Assembly: GCA_008690995.1 (NCBI GenBank)
Contig: VRMN01000004.1
Coordinates: 1,364,001-1,428,000 of the forward strand
Source of the DNA: Porphyridium purpureum
Lineage: Eukaryota
Reading direction: 5' to 3'
Length of the DNA: 64,000 bases
Shown: positions 43,952 to 54,289 of the stretch, in pieces
Position numbering within the stretch: position 1 is the stretch's first letter
Layout: each line of letters begins with the position of its first letter
Program-made: the position numbers and the translations under genes
Notes under the pieces: model-generated
The model's input: the letters and a program-made list of their open reading frames with translations, nothing else
Databases searched by the model: none
Told to the model about the DNA's origin: nothing

Positions 43952-44358
43952 GATTCCCCGAAGAAAAGCAGAACGCAGGCACGTTTCCGTCTGCTCGACC
44001 AGCACCACCGCGCCGGTGTCCCTCCTCTCCTCGCGCCTTCGCCTCGTTCCTCTATTTGCGCTCGCCACGCGGTCCCCGCTAGTTCGCACGCGACCGCAAC
44101 TGTACTTTCACAGAACCAAGCTCTGCGGTACAGTTCGAGCCGCATCGGTCCGAAAGCAAGTTGATTGACATGGCACGTGGAGAGAAAGCGGAACAGCGGC
44201 GGATGGCGGTGGCGAACGCGCGCGTCGCGGACGATTCAACGTGCTTTCCATGTGCAGGCGGGAATCCAAACGAACATAGATTAAGGTGGCCTGTCGCGCG
44301 CAAGTGACTCGGGGAGCGTGTCCAATCCGTTCGGGAACGTCGTGGAGGAGCGAAGAAA

Positions 44359-44796
44359 ATGCAGCGTCCTTCGTGCGCAGCAGCTGGCGTAGCCGTTTGT
44401 GCTGCGGTCTGCCTGGCGCTCCTGGTTTGCGCGGCGACTGTCGACGCAAAAGTGCAGGCTGTTGTGCTAGAGAAGCCAGATTCGTGCCCCCGCACGGCCA
44501 GGAAAGGCGACCATCTGGAGCTGTACTACAGTGTTGAGATCGAAGAGACCGGGCAGCTGCTCGACGACAATTTTGACTTCCGATATCCGCAAAAAATAGA
44601 GCTCGGTAAGTTTACAACAGTACCCAAGGGGCTTCACGTCGGGTTAACGGGGATGTGCGAAGGGGAAAAACGCAAGATCACCGTGCCGCCAAAGTTGGCG
44701 TACGGCGTGCGCGGAGAAGGTCAGGTTCCTGGCAACGTGCACCTGGTTTACATTGCTCGTTTGGACACGATTATTCGACACGGTGACGAGCTGTGA
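44359..44796 (+). CDS. ER-resident FKBP-type peptidyl-prolyl isomerase
   Basis: Signal peptide, GLTGMCEGEKRKITVPPKLAYG, and C-terminal GDEL. Confidence 0.9.
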   Translation: MQRPSCAAAGVAVCAAVCLALLVCAATVDAKVQAVVLEKPDSCPRTARKGDHLELYYSVEIEETGQLLDDNFDFRYPQKIELGKFTTVPKGLHVGLTGMCEGEKRKITVPPKLAYGVRGEGQVPGNVHLVYIARLDTIIRHGDEL

Positions 44797-45344
44797 TAGA
44801 GCTCGTGGACGAGCGCGCGGTCATTAAAGGAAAGTAGAATCATAGAAGAGCCTTCCCTTGTTTTTCCATGCTGGTGAGACGACGCGGAAGTCGCCGCCCT
44901 TCAGCAGACGCTGTTCCTAGATGTGACAATTTGAATCTGTGCGAGTCAAAGCTTGCGGCTTGGAGCTGTCGGTCTGCACGCATCGTATCGAGTCCGATGG
45001 TCCCGTTCCACCACCCGCGACACGGGCGGGCAGGCAGGTACCTGTGCGCGACGGCGCGCCTGCCCAGTTGATGTGAGCCCGTGCAGTGGTGATTCAGGCA
45101 ACTCTTCTTGCGTTCACTGTACCCCCTTCTCTCCTTATGGCGTGGAAGCAATTCCAGGTTCAAGGTTGCGCAGCGCGCTTGACGCCATTGTTTGTGTCTA
45201 CACTTCCAAGGTTGCTGGTCAGCACGAACTCAGTTGGAGACGTACCCATTCCCTCTGCTTGCCCGGTGAGAGTTGTTGCTGAGGCGCGGAAGGCAAGAGC
45301 TGCTGAGAACACCAAGGCGCTCTGCGACAGCGCAACTCACACGT

Positions 45345-46028
45345 ATGGCATGGGACTTTCACGCGGAGCGCCGCCTGCCAGCGTTTGTGCGGGGCGACGT
45401 GCTGTCGCCGTTCCAGATCCAAGCGACGCTGGCGTTCTGTCTGGGCGCGTTGAGCGACTTGATTGCCCAGTGGTCCATGGGCGAGCGCGGCGCCGTAGTC
45501 CTTCCGGTTTCAGGGTCGACCACGGGAAAAAATGACGTGGGCATGAACCACACACTTTCCTCCGAAAAGCCGGCAGGTCCGGCACACGCGCACCATCAGA
45601 ATCGCCGCGTGGACGCGCGTCGCGTTCTTGGCTTTGCGACATTTCAGGGCCTCGTCTTCACGCCGGCCATAGGCGCCTTCTATGTCAAATTGGATCAAGT
45701 GGCCCGTGACATGGAGCTGACGCCTTGGGTCAAGGTTGGTATGTCTGTGTTCTGCGACCAGTTTCTAGTTGCACCGTTTGTAGTAGCCGCTGCGTTTGCG
45801 TGGGTCGGATTCGTGGGACTCGGGCAATCCTCGGCGACCGTGAGCCAAAGGATTGAGAAAAACCTTTTTCCAACGATTCGAACCGGCTGGCTACTCTGGA
45901 TTCCGTTGCAGCTGATCAACTTTGGACTGGTTCCGGTGGACATGCGAATTATTGTGGTCAACGTGGTAGCGCTTTTCTGGAACGCTTATCTCGCGCGGCG
46001 AACTGCGACGTCGGACGCGAAAGACTGA
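45345..46028 (+). CDS. Mpv17/PMP22 family membrane protein
   Basis: SDLIAQ, DARRVLGF, DQFLVAP, WIPLQLINFGLVP and FWNAYL. Confidence 0.9.
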   Translation: MAWDFHAERRLPAFVRGDVLSPFQIQATLAFCLGALSDLIAQWSMGERGAVVLPVSGSTTGKNDVGMNHTLSSEKPAGPAHAHHQNRRVDARRVLGFATFQGLVFTPAIGAFYVKLDQVARDMELTPWVKVGMSVFCDQFLVAPFVVAAAFAWVGFVGLGQSSATVSQRIEKNLFPTIRTGWLLWIPLQLINFGLVPVDMRIIVVNVVALFWNAYLARRTATSDAKD

Positions 46029-46203
46029 GCCACGGTTAATTTATTGTCTTTCCCCCGCTCTCTCCCTACTCCTTCTTCGCAACTGCACTCGGGCAGTAAC
46101 TGCATTGTCATTCAGTTCAGTAAATCTGTTTGTGTCACGCAGGCTGCGGAATCTCGACGACGAGACATTCGCACTAGTTCCAAAACCATGTCGGCACGGA
46201 GAC

Positions 46204-46881
46204 TTATGTGAATTTCAATGGTGCCGACCGTCCATCCGTCGGCAGCTGCGACATTGCTCTGCGGAAATTCGTATTGATGCCGAGGACCGCAGACACGTGG
46301 CGGCTCCGCCGTGCCACAGCGCGACTAAACTCGGTCCGCACAGCTGTGTTTCCCATGTCCCACGCGGTCAGGCCGCTGACGGTCCTAATGTCAGTACGTG
46401 CCCCGTAGTCAAGGATTAGCCGAACCATTTCCGGCTGAGCACACGCAGCGGCGGCGTGCAACGGCGTGTAGTTTGCAGAGTCCAGGCCATCTAGATCAGC
46501 GCCCTTGGACAGCAACAAGACCGCCTGCTCGATGCGGCCACGCGCACAGGCGACGTGCAATGCAGTTGTTTTGACGCGGTTTCTCGAATTCGGGTCAATG
46601 CCCTTCTCAATGAGCAGCTCGATGACTCTGCAGCTGGACGAGTTGGCGGCGACGTGGAGCGCCGTGGACAACTCGTGCATGTGAAAGTCTGGCAGGCGCG
46701 CCGCGCGAATTGCAACTTCCACGCAAGTTTCACAGGAGCCGGCCAGTTTGACTGTGAACAGCAGGGCGGCCGAGTGCAGAAGGCCCGACGCGTCTATATT
46801 GCTGCGGAACCATTCGTCCAGGCGGTCGTGAGCACAAGCGAGCAGCACGGGCTCGAGATCATTTTCCATGAGCGCCTCCAT
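46204..46881 (-). CDS. Ankyrin-repeat protein
   Basis: TALHVAA, TALHVACARG, TPLHAAA and GLTAWD repeats. Start uncertain. Confidence 0.8.
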   Translation of the reverse strand: MEALMENDLEPVLLACAHDRLDEWFRSNIDASGLLHSAALLFTVKLAGSCETCVEVAIRAARLPDFHMHELSTALHVAANSSSCRVIELLIEKGIDPNSRNRVKTTALHVACARGRIEQAVLLLSKGADLDGLDSANYTPLHAAAACAQPEMVRLILDYGARTDIRTVSGLTAWDMGNTAVRTEFSRAVARRSRHVSAVLGINTNFRRAMSQLPTDGRSAPLKFT

Positions 46882-47267
46882 CTTTCCGTGCAACGCAGTC
46901 AGCAACCTTGCGCGAGCGTGCTGATGGCCGTCTCGTACGCGCTTCCGCGTGGCTGCGAGGTGTTATGTCGCGGCCACAACGCCACATGCTAGCCTGCGTC
47001 GAGCCTCACTCGAAACGCCCAGTTTGTGGGCACCGCAGCAAGCGGCACGCGATGACGCCAGCGCATTCGCAGCCAGGCCGTGGGTACAGCCCGTGCTGAA
47101 CACCCAGAGGAACCCTAAGTGGCGGCGAGATGAAGAGGGGACAGACAAAAGGACGCAGGCCCGTCTGGAACCGGGTCGTGACGAATGCGTGTCACTTGCG
47201 AGTCGGCGGATGCGCGTACACTGTGGCCAGTAGGTAGCTGCTGCGCGATAGCTCTGGGTTGGTCGGG

Positions 47268-48983
47268 ATGTCGGATGGTCAGAAGACCAAGAGCGCAGTC
47301 CACCCCGTGCATTCGCGCGAGGCGCGGCAGGAGGAAGAACGAACACGACTGCAGCATGAACAACAGCTCCAGCAGAATCAGCAGCAGCAGCAGCAACCCC
47401 AGAATGAGCCAGACGCGCCTAAAAACATTTTCCAGGGCTTTGGAGACGTGTTCAAAAATGTGGGGGACGCGTTCCAGGAGGTGGTCGAGCGCCTGCAGCG
47501 CGCGGAGAAGCGGCGGGAGGACTGGGAGCAGCAGCGGCAGTGGCGCCTCGAAGATGACGCAGAGCCAGTGGGTACGCTGAACGTGGCCTTGCTGGGATCT
47601 CTGCGTCTCTCGGGCCGCGTGCGCGTGCAGATGCGGCTGAATGACATTTCCGGCAGTAGGCATCAGCGCACCACGCTGATTTTTTCGAAAGTGTTTGACT
47701 GGGAGCATCGACCGGATGCGTCCAACCGGGCGGCAGTTTTCATCAGCCTTCCCGTCAGGGACATTGTTGCACAGCTTGATATTCGAGTCTTTGAAATACC
47801 TCCCGTCCCGCTCATCCCGCCAAAGTACATGGGCGCGGTGATCGTTCCGCTTCGGAATCTGGTGTATCAGCAAGAACAAGACGTCTGGCAGCGCACGAAG
47901 AATTCATTTGGTCGTTTCGTGTTCTCGCAGAGTGCTTGGTACCAGCTGTTCCCCCTTGCAGAGCAGCAAACGTTTTACAGTGCGGTGGTAGAGGACCTTG
48001 CTGACCTCGGAATGGATCATCATCCCAAGCTGCCCGCCATAGAGCTCAAGCTTGACTTGGAGTTTTCGGAAAATATTGGGAAGCGCTACATGTACGGCTT
48101 TCTCCAGAGTGATGCTCGATGCCTGCGTGACGTATCGCCGCCCGATTACAAGTGGTACGAGCTGGTGCGCAACGTGTTTCGAGTGCGGGATGCATGGGAA
48201 TCGAGCGTTTCGCTGACCCGGGTCATGAATCGCGCGAAGCGATGGAACAGCCCGCTTCTTTCTTTCGGTGTAGGACTGTATATCTTTTCGCTGTGCCACG
48301 TGCCCTTTGTGTTGATCCCGCTCGTCCTGGTGCTCACAACCGCGACAGTCGAATTTCTCGAGTTCAAGCGAACCATGCGCAAGCAAAAGTCAAGAGCAAA
48401 ACCGTGGAAGCATCAAATGATTCTGCCGCCCGACAAGTCTAAGACGGCGATTGGTGAGGCGCTGAAATGGCAGCAGGGCTTGTCTGTGGCTCAGTGCTAC
48501 CTGGACCGCCTTGCGACCCTGATGGAATGCTCTCGCAATGCTCTCAACTGGACTGATCCGGCGATCACGATAATTTCGTATTCGGTCTTGATTGTTTTGT
48601 GCATTGTCTTTGCCGTGACGACAACGCTGATGTACCGTTACACGGCAACGCGATTCTGGGTGGCGCTTGCCTTGAGCACATGGGCGATTCTTCCGGAAGT
48701 CGCCGACGAGGACAACCCGGGCGGTGACAGTAGCCCCTCCATGCCGCGCTCGCACAGCGTGCGCGAGCTGTCCACGCTGACGCAGAACCAGTTCAAGGCG
48801 CGCGTGGAGCGGTTCGTGGGCCGCGTTGCGCTGCGCATCCCGAGCGACCGGGATCTGCTGCACAACCTTGTGTGCGAGCAGCAGATGGTTTTGGACCCGC
48901 AGACCTCCAGCGCGGCGGGCGCATCTGCCGCGGCGGAGCGTGCCTCGTCGCGTGCGCTGGCGTCGCCGTCCAAGTCGCTGTGA
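47268..48983 (+). CDS. C2-domain membrane protein with PRT-C-like (MCTP-like) C-terminus
   Basis: C2-like strands (GTLNVALL, QLDIRVFE, YMGAVIVPL, WYQL), two hydrophobic hairpins, and RNALNWTDPAIT. Confidence 0.65.
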   Translation: MSDGQKTKSAVHPVHSREARQEEERTRLQHEQQLQQNQQQQQQPQNEPDAPKNIFQGFGDVFKNVGDAFQEVVERLQRAEKRREDWEQQRQWRLEDDAEPVGTLNVALLGSLRLSGRVRVQMRLNDISGSRHQRTTLIFSKVFDWEHRPDASNRAAVFISLPVRDIVAQLDIRVFEIPPVPLIPPKYMGAVIVPLRNLVYQQEQDVWQRTKNSFGRFVFSQSAWYQLFPLAEQQTFYSAVVEDLADLGMDHHPKLPAIELKLDLEFSENIGKRYMYGFLQSDARCLRDVSPPDYKWYELVRNVFRVRDAWESSVSLTRVMNRAKRWNSPLLSFGVGLYIFSLCHVPFVLIPLVLVLTTATVEFLEFKRTMRKQKSRAKPWKHQMILPPDKSKTAIGEALKWQQGLSVAQCYLDRLATLMECSRNALNWTDPAITIISYSVLIVLCIVFAVTTTLMYRYTATRFWVALALSTWAILPEVADEDNPGGDSSPSMPRSHSVRELSTLTQNQFKARVERFVGRVALRIPSDRDLLHNLVCEQQMVLDPQTSSAAGASAAAERASSRALASPSKSL

Positions 48984-49767
48984 GCGCGCGAGCCGCCAGC
49001 TCCCGGCCCAGGCCAGGACACACGCACGCTCCCAACACCGAGGTACAGTAAACCGCGCTCTGCACTGAACACCCGTGTTTGTTGCTTACATCGTGTGCTG
49101 CTAGTGCGAGATAAACCGGCGCGGCACCGCAGCGCGCCAACGCTTTCGGCGTGTGACGCGATCAGCAGCAGCTGCCGGGTGTTGTCTGTTCGTGCGCGCG
49201 GCAGCCGCACGCGACACGACAAACACCACCTCCACGCGCCGCCACGCACGCTTCTATTTTGGTGTACGGCTGCAGAGGCTGAGAATAGCCTTTGCTGTGC
49301 TCACACTTTCGTTGCCACGCGCGTCACTTCACGCGCGCGAGCGGGACGGGCTCGCGCCTCGTGCGTCCAGCCGCCCACGTGGACGGCGCCGCGCTAAGCA
49401 CCGCCCGGACAGGAGGGGCGGGCAGGAGTGCTGGCAGCCACGCGTGAGGGCCATTCGCGCGTGTGGAACGGTGCACGCGACGACAACATGCGCCATGCAC
49501 ACCAGGACGCGCGCCCAGCTTGAGCCGCACGGAGATGTCCCGATGTGCAGACAAAGAGGAAGACGCCCCTCGATGCCCGCGAGAAGGCGCGCAGTATAAA
49601 GGGGGCGCGTCGCGACCGGGCAATGCTTGAAATGGCGAGCAACGCGTAGGTCGGCGCAGATTGCAAGGAAGACCGGACGTCGCATTTCGGCGCTCGCAAA
49701 GTCGCTCCGAGGGCTGAGAAACCGGTCGAGCGAAAGGGCAAGGAGGTGAGCCTGAGAGTCGGACCCA

Positions 49768-50736
49768 ATGGAGCGAAACGTGTCGCTGCGCGGTAGCCTC
49801 TGCGCACTGCTTGCAATGGCGCTGCTAGGCCTGCTGTGCGTGGAAGGCTCTGTACTTCCAGAGGTCTACGCTGTGGAGTCCCGAAACGTGGCTCCGTCTG
49901 AGCAACGTCGCTGGATAGATGAGGGTTATGACGAACGTATCTTCACGGAGCAGCCTCTACCTTCTGAGCCACTGACAGAGTCGCCGATGGATTCGCCAAC
50001 GGAATCGCCAATGACCGCGCCGGCTCGTGAGCTTCCTCCGACCTTCGTTGCGACAGAAGCACCAGCCCCGACACCCTCGCCGGCTCCAGTGATCCAAGGA
50101 ATGCCGGTGGTTGACGACTCGGAGGACGAAGTGGCCCCCATTGAGCACGACGAATTCGAAATTGAGGGGAATGTGACCACGTTCATCTCGTATGATGAAG
50201 AGGTAGTGGTGACCGCGGTGGATAATACTATGCCCAAGGTGCCTATCCAGAAAATCCAGTATGAGGTTCTGGACCCCATGTGTAGTTTGATGATGGATTA
50301 CGACGCGTCACGCTGCTTTTCTCGCGAAATGGCGAGACAGGATGTGAAAACACTTACGCACATGTTGGTGCGAAAAGGGCTGTCAGAGGCACAAGTCGAT
50401 GCATATCTGATGGAACACTTCGCGCGTCTCCGTAACTCTTGGAAGTTTGATGCGCCAAAGGCAGTTTTCAATGTGCAGTCTTCAGACTATGTGGATTGCA
50501 TGGATGACACCGACGCGGTGGTGCTGGGTCGACTTTTGGCTGCAATGGCAGAGGACTATCCTCCATCCCGATATCGAGAGCTTCGTGAAAATTCGTGGAC
50601 GCGCAACTTGGCGAGGAACTCGAGCTTATGCTGCCATCGCGTGTGCAATGCTCTCTTACCGACAAAGCTGAACATGAATCTGATGTACGATACGTGCTGC
50701 ATGAATGCGCCGAGCAAGTGTGCCAATTTTTATTAA
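49768..50736 (+). CDS. Secreted protein: signal peptide, P/T/E-rich linker, 9-Cys C-terminal domain of unknown family
   Basis: Clear paralogy to 51833-52816 (CCHRVC...YDTCCMNAPSKCANFY). Confidence 0.8.
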   Translation: MERNVSLRGSLCALLAMALLGLLCVEGSVLPEVYAVESRNVAPSEQRRWIDEGYDERIFTEQPLPSEPLTESPMDSPTESPMTAPARELPPTFVATEAPAPTPSPAPVIQGMPVVDDSEDEVAPIEHDEFEIEGNVTTFISYDEEVVVTAVDNTMPKVPIQKIQYEVLDPMCSLMMDYDASRCFSREMARQDVKTLTHMLVRKGLSEAQVDAYLMEHFARLRNSWKFDAPKAVFNVQSSDYVDCMDDTDAVVLGRLLAAMAEDYPPSRYRELRENSWTRNLARNSSLCCHRVCNALLPTKLNMNLMYDTCCMNAPSKCANFY

Positions 50737-51832
50737 GACCTCGTCTGCGCAGAGTAATCATGTGAGATGCGATAAAACGGGCATGTACTGACTGTGACAA
50801 GGTGACTGCGTCAAGTTTGGAAATAAACTGAACACGTCTGAGCCGCTAGCCTTCCGGTCTTCGTGTGTAGCGCCCGCCCTTCTCACGCACGGCAGGGAAC
50901 GTTGTTGGGAAGGTGTTCAAAATTCATCCAGACTCGAACAGGGCAAAGCTGAAAAATTTCCAGCAATAATGCATTTATCGTCACGGCTCAACAGAGCAAA
51001 CACACTTCAACAGTCACGCGCAGCTCGGGCTTTTTTTTTTCTTTTTTCTTTTTTCTTTTCACGTACAGAGTGGAATCGCGTCAGTGGCGCGCAGGCACAT
51101 CCAGGTGATACTCGACTCACTTGCACACGCGTCGCGGCTGACTGGACATCTGACGAAGAGCTGTTCCTGCCCCGAAGGTGGAGCGCCCACGAAAGAAAAC
51201 GAAGCCGTGGCTGTTGCCTTGTTGCGGGCAACGTGGGCAGAGCACGCGCGCGCACGCGCGCGTATCCACGCAACGCCCTTGGCCATGCGCCAGCGAAGCA
51301 GCTCGCACAGTGCGTCCTGGCGCCGGAGACACACGTGGATTGGCAGGCCGCCCACGTGTCGACATTACATCATGCATTACCGTTCTACTCAAACACGCCT
51401 GTTTTGTGATCTTGAGCACATGTGCTGACGGAACACTGCGCTCGAGCCTCGCCCACGTTGACACGAACACGGTGCGACAAGTACGCGACAGGAGCAGCGC
51501 GTGAGCGACGACCTCGTCGCACGGGCCGATTGGCCTGCGGCCGACTCGGATGCGAGCTACTTGGACCCCGGCGACGCAGCGAACGCCGGTATAAGAGCGA
51601 TGCGGAAGATTGGGGTTGCTGGAGGTGGGAGCCATGTTGGCAGAGCAGAGGAACAAGAAGAATCAACTCGTGCGCACCGCGGAAGGAACAAGGCGTCGTA
51701 CCTACTCGGTACGCGAAGAAGACAAAAGGACTGGCCGCGGCGGGTCATTTGACTGGCACGAAACGTGGGAAGGACGAACGTCTGCGTCACGTGAACGAAG
51801 AAGCTCCACGAGAACCAGGTACCACACCAAGG

Positions 51833-52816
51833 ATGTTTTCGCGCGCAACGTCTCGCGCCAAGTCGAAGCGCGAAGTGGCAGTGGATATCACTGGCCTGTT
51901 AGAGGATGCTGCCGGAAATCTTGTTCACAGCGCACGTGAAGAGGCAGAGCCAGACTCACTTGGCACGCCACCTGAAAAGCAGCGCATGATGAGCGAGCTT
52001 CACGGTCCGATGCCAATGAAGGTGTCATCGAATGCAACCAGGCCGACGTACGCGTCTGGTCTGCTCGTACTTGTCCTTTTAGCAGCCGTATTATTCGTGG
52101 CTGACTTTGCAGGAGACAAGCCGTCGGGCGGGGTGCGGATTCCCGAAACGCGCGGGCTCGAAAACACATGGAAAGCGAGGCAAGCCCTGGTAGACAACGA
52201 TGAAACGGCAGTTGACGATGATGAATTGGCATTTCTTGGTGATGAAGAAGAAACGCGCGAGGAAGCGGCCAGACTTGCTGGTATTCCGCAGCCTCATGTG
52301 TACGTACCGCCAGTCGACGAGCAGGACGAGACTCTTATTGCGGCGAAGCCGTGCGTCTTGTGGGAAGACTTTGATTCAGGTTTTTGCGCACCGCGTCTTT
52401 CTGCGTACAGAGACCTACATCAGATCAGCCGAAACATGATGCGCCTTGATGTACCGGATGAGCGCATCGGCGTTTACCTAGACGAACATGCAATCCGTCT
52501 GAGGTCGAGTTATGTCGCGAAGGGCGAGAAGGACACTTTCAGCTTTGCCAAGTCGCAGCGTGCGAACTGCATGACCGCGCAAGACTCATCCATTTTAGGA
52601 GGTCTGATGGCAGCCATTATTGAGGAGTTGCCGCCATCAAGGAACGGAAGGTTGCGCCAAAACGTGAACAGCAAATATTCCCGCGCAAGCAGACAGTGCT
52701 GTCACAGAATATGCGCTGTTATGAATAGGCTTTCGGTCGGAGGATTTGCCGCGTATGATTCGTGCTGCATGAAGGCACCGAGTAAGTGTGCATCATTCTA
52801 CCCGGTTCTGGAATGA
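51833..52816 (+). CDS. Type II membrane protein with the same 9-Cys domain
   Basis: First ATG gives MFSRATS. One internal TM (GLLVLVLLAAVLFVA), then CCHRIC...YDSCCMKAPSKCASFY. Confidence 0.78.
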   Translation: MFSRATSRAKSKREVAVDITGLLEDAAGNLVHSAREEAEPDSLGTPPEKQRMMSELHGPMPMKVSSNATRPTYASGLLVLVLLAAVLFVADFAGDKPSGGVRIPETRGLENTWKARQALVDNDETAVDDDELAFLGDEEETREEAARLAGIPQPHVYVPPVDEQDETLIAAKPCVLWEDFDSGFCAPRLSAYRDLHQISRNMMRLDVPDERIGVYLDEHAIRLRSSYVAKGEKDTFSFAKSQRANCMTAQDSSILGGLMAAIIEELPPSRNGRLRQNVNSKYSRASRQCCHRICAVMNRLSVGGFAAYDSCCMKAPSKCASFYPVLE

Positions 52817-53303
52817 AGCGGAGGCCGAGAGGAACTAGATTTCAAACACATTGTTGGAACAAGAGCAGGAGAATCTGGCCATGTCACTTCCTTTGCTGGT
52901 GAACCAGTCTAACTTTGAATAACTACACTTCCAAGTGAACTAATAAATAAACGCACTGACCGTTTGGCGTTTTTTCGGAATCTTTCAGAGGCAGCAGTCC
53001 ACGGGGTTGCTGCCTTGCTCGGAATCACTCTGACACAGAGAGCAAGGAAACATGTGAAGTATTGGCCGACGAACAGCGCGCGGTACTCTAGCACCTACAC
53101 CTACAGCGAAAACGCAACGTCATTGTTTCGACTCATTTTCGAGCGCTTTTGGAACCCTCATGGAACATTAGAGATATTGCACTCACCGCACGTACCGCTT
53201 CTGCAATCTAGCAAGGCAGCACTCAAACAGTGAGGCTGAAAACAGACCACGGCCTGCTGCCAAGGAAGAGTCTGCGTCACCTGCTGAAAAAAAGTTGGAC
53301 TGG

Positions 53304-54062
53304 CTACTCTGCGTGCGCCTTGCCTTCGTGCGTTTTCAAGGCTAATTCAATAGCGCGGCGGTCTTGGGCAAGCAATGCAGCTTCGATTGCGTTGACTTGC
53401 TCGATACTGGTGGCGTTCTCGATCGCGCGCCTAGCTGCCTGGGTGAGCTCGTTATCTATGACCGTGTTTGATGCATGCGATGTTTGACCGTATGGTATAG
53501 ACTCCAGAGCCGCGATTTGCTCGGGAGGCATTGCTCCCTTCAGGTCGTTCCACAGCTGCTTGCTTTGTTGGTTGCCTCCAAACAAACTCTTTGCGGCCTG
53601 ACGCTCGGCGAGTGTGACTCTTACGAAGTCAAGGTATTGCAATGATGGTAACAGATAAATAAGAAAGGGCCGATAGTACTTTTGCGCAGTGACCGGATTT
53701 TCTTTGAGGACCAGCGTCCGGAGGCGCTGGCAGTGATGGAGCTCCGTGAGCGCGTACAGCGATTCGATCAGATTCTGGGTGAGCACGAGCACACGCAGGT
53801 TTGGCAAGCGCGCCAACAGGCCGCTTCGAATATGACTGATTCTGTTTTTCGCAGCTAACAGCATCTCGAGTTTGACCATGCGCGGGAACGGCAAGAGCTC
53901 GCGAATGCGATTATCGGACACGTCGAGCGCACCAAACCGGTCCTGGAGCAGGCCAAGGTTGTCCAGCGCCTCCAGGCCCAGGCCGCGCAGGTCCAGCTCA
54001 TACAGTCCCACACAGTTCTGGAACTGCGGGCTCGCCGCAACCACGTCGCTCGTGAGACGCAT
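53304..54062 (-). CDS. SNRPA1: U2 snRNP protein A'
   Basis: MRLTSDVV...ELDLRG, LRR repeats, and LRRcap NPVTAQKYYRPFLIYLLPSLQYLDFVRVTLAERQAA. Confidence 0.92.
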   Translation of the reverse strand: MRLTSDVVAASPQFQNCVGLYELDLRGLGLEALDNLGLLQDRFGALDVSDNRIRELLPFPRMVKLEMLLAAKNRISHIRSGLLARLPNLRVLVLTQNLIESLYALTELHHCQRLRTLVLKENPVTAQKYYRPFLIYLLPSLQYLDFVRVTLAERQAAKSLFGGNQQSKQLWNDLKGAMPPEQIAALESIPYGQTSHASNTVIDNELTQAARRAIENATSIEQVNAIEAALLAQDRRAIELALKTHEGKAHAE

Positions 54063-54289
54063 GGCGACGCCGCGCGTGTCCACCGCGTCTGTCTTTCTGC
54101 CTCGAGCTTCGCACACCGCGCATCGAACTTCGCACGCAGCACACGGTACACCAGACTGTACTCCAAGCGGACCGAAACAGTCCAACCCTAACAATAAACC
54201 CTAGACGCCGCGACAAGGGCGGGCGCCGGGGGCGTCTTGTGCGGCGTGCGCGCGAGTGGTCGCCGTGCGAACGGGAAGAACGGTTTGGC

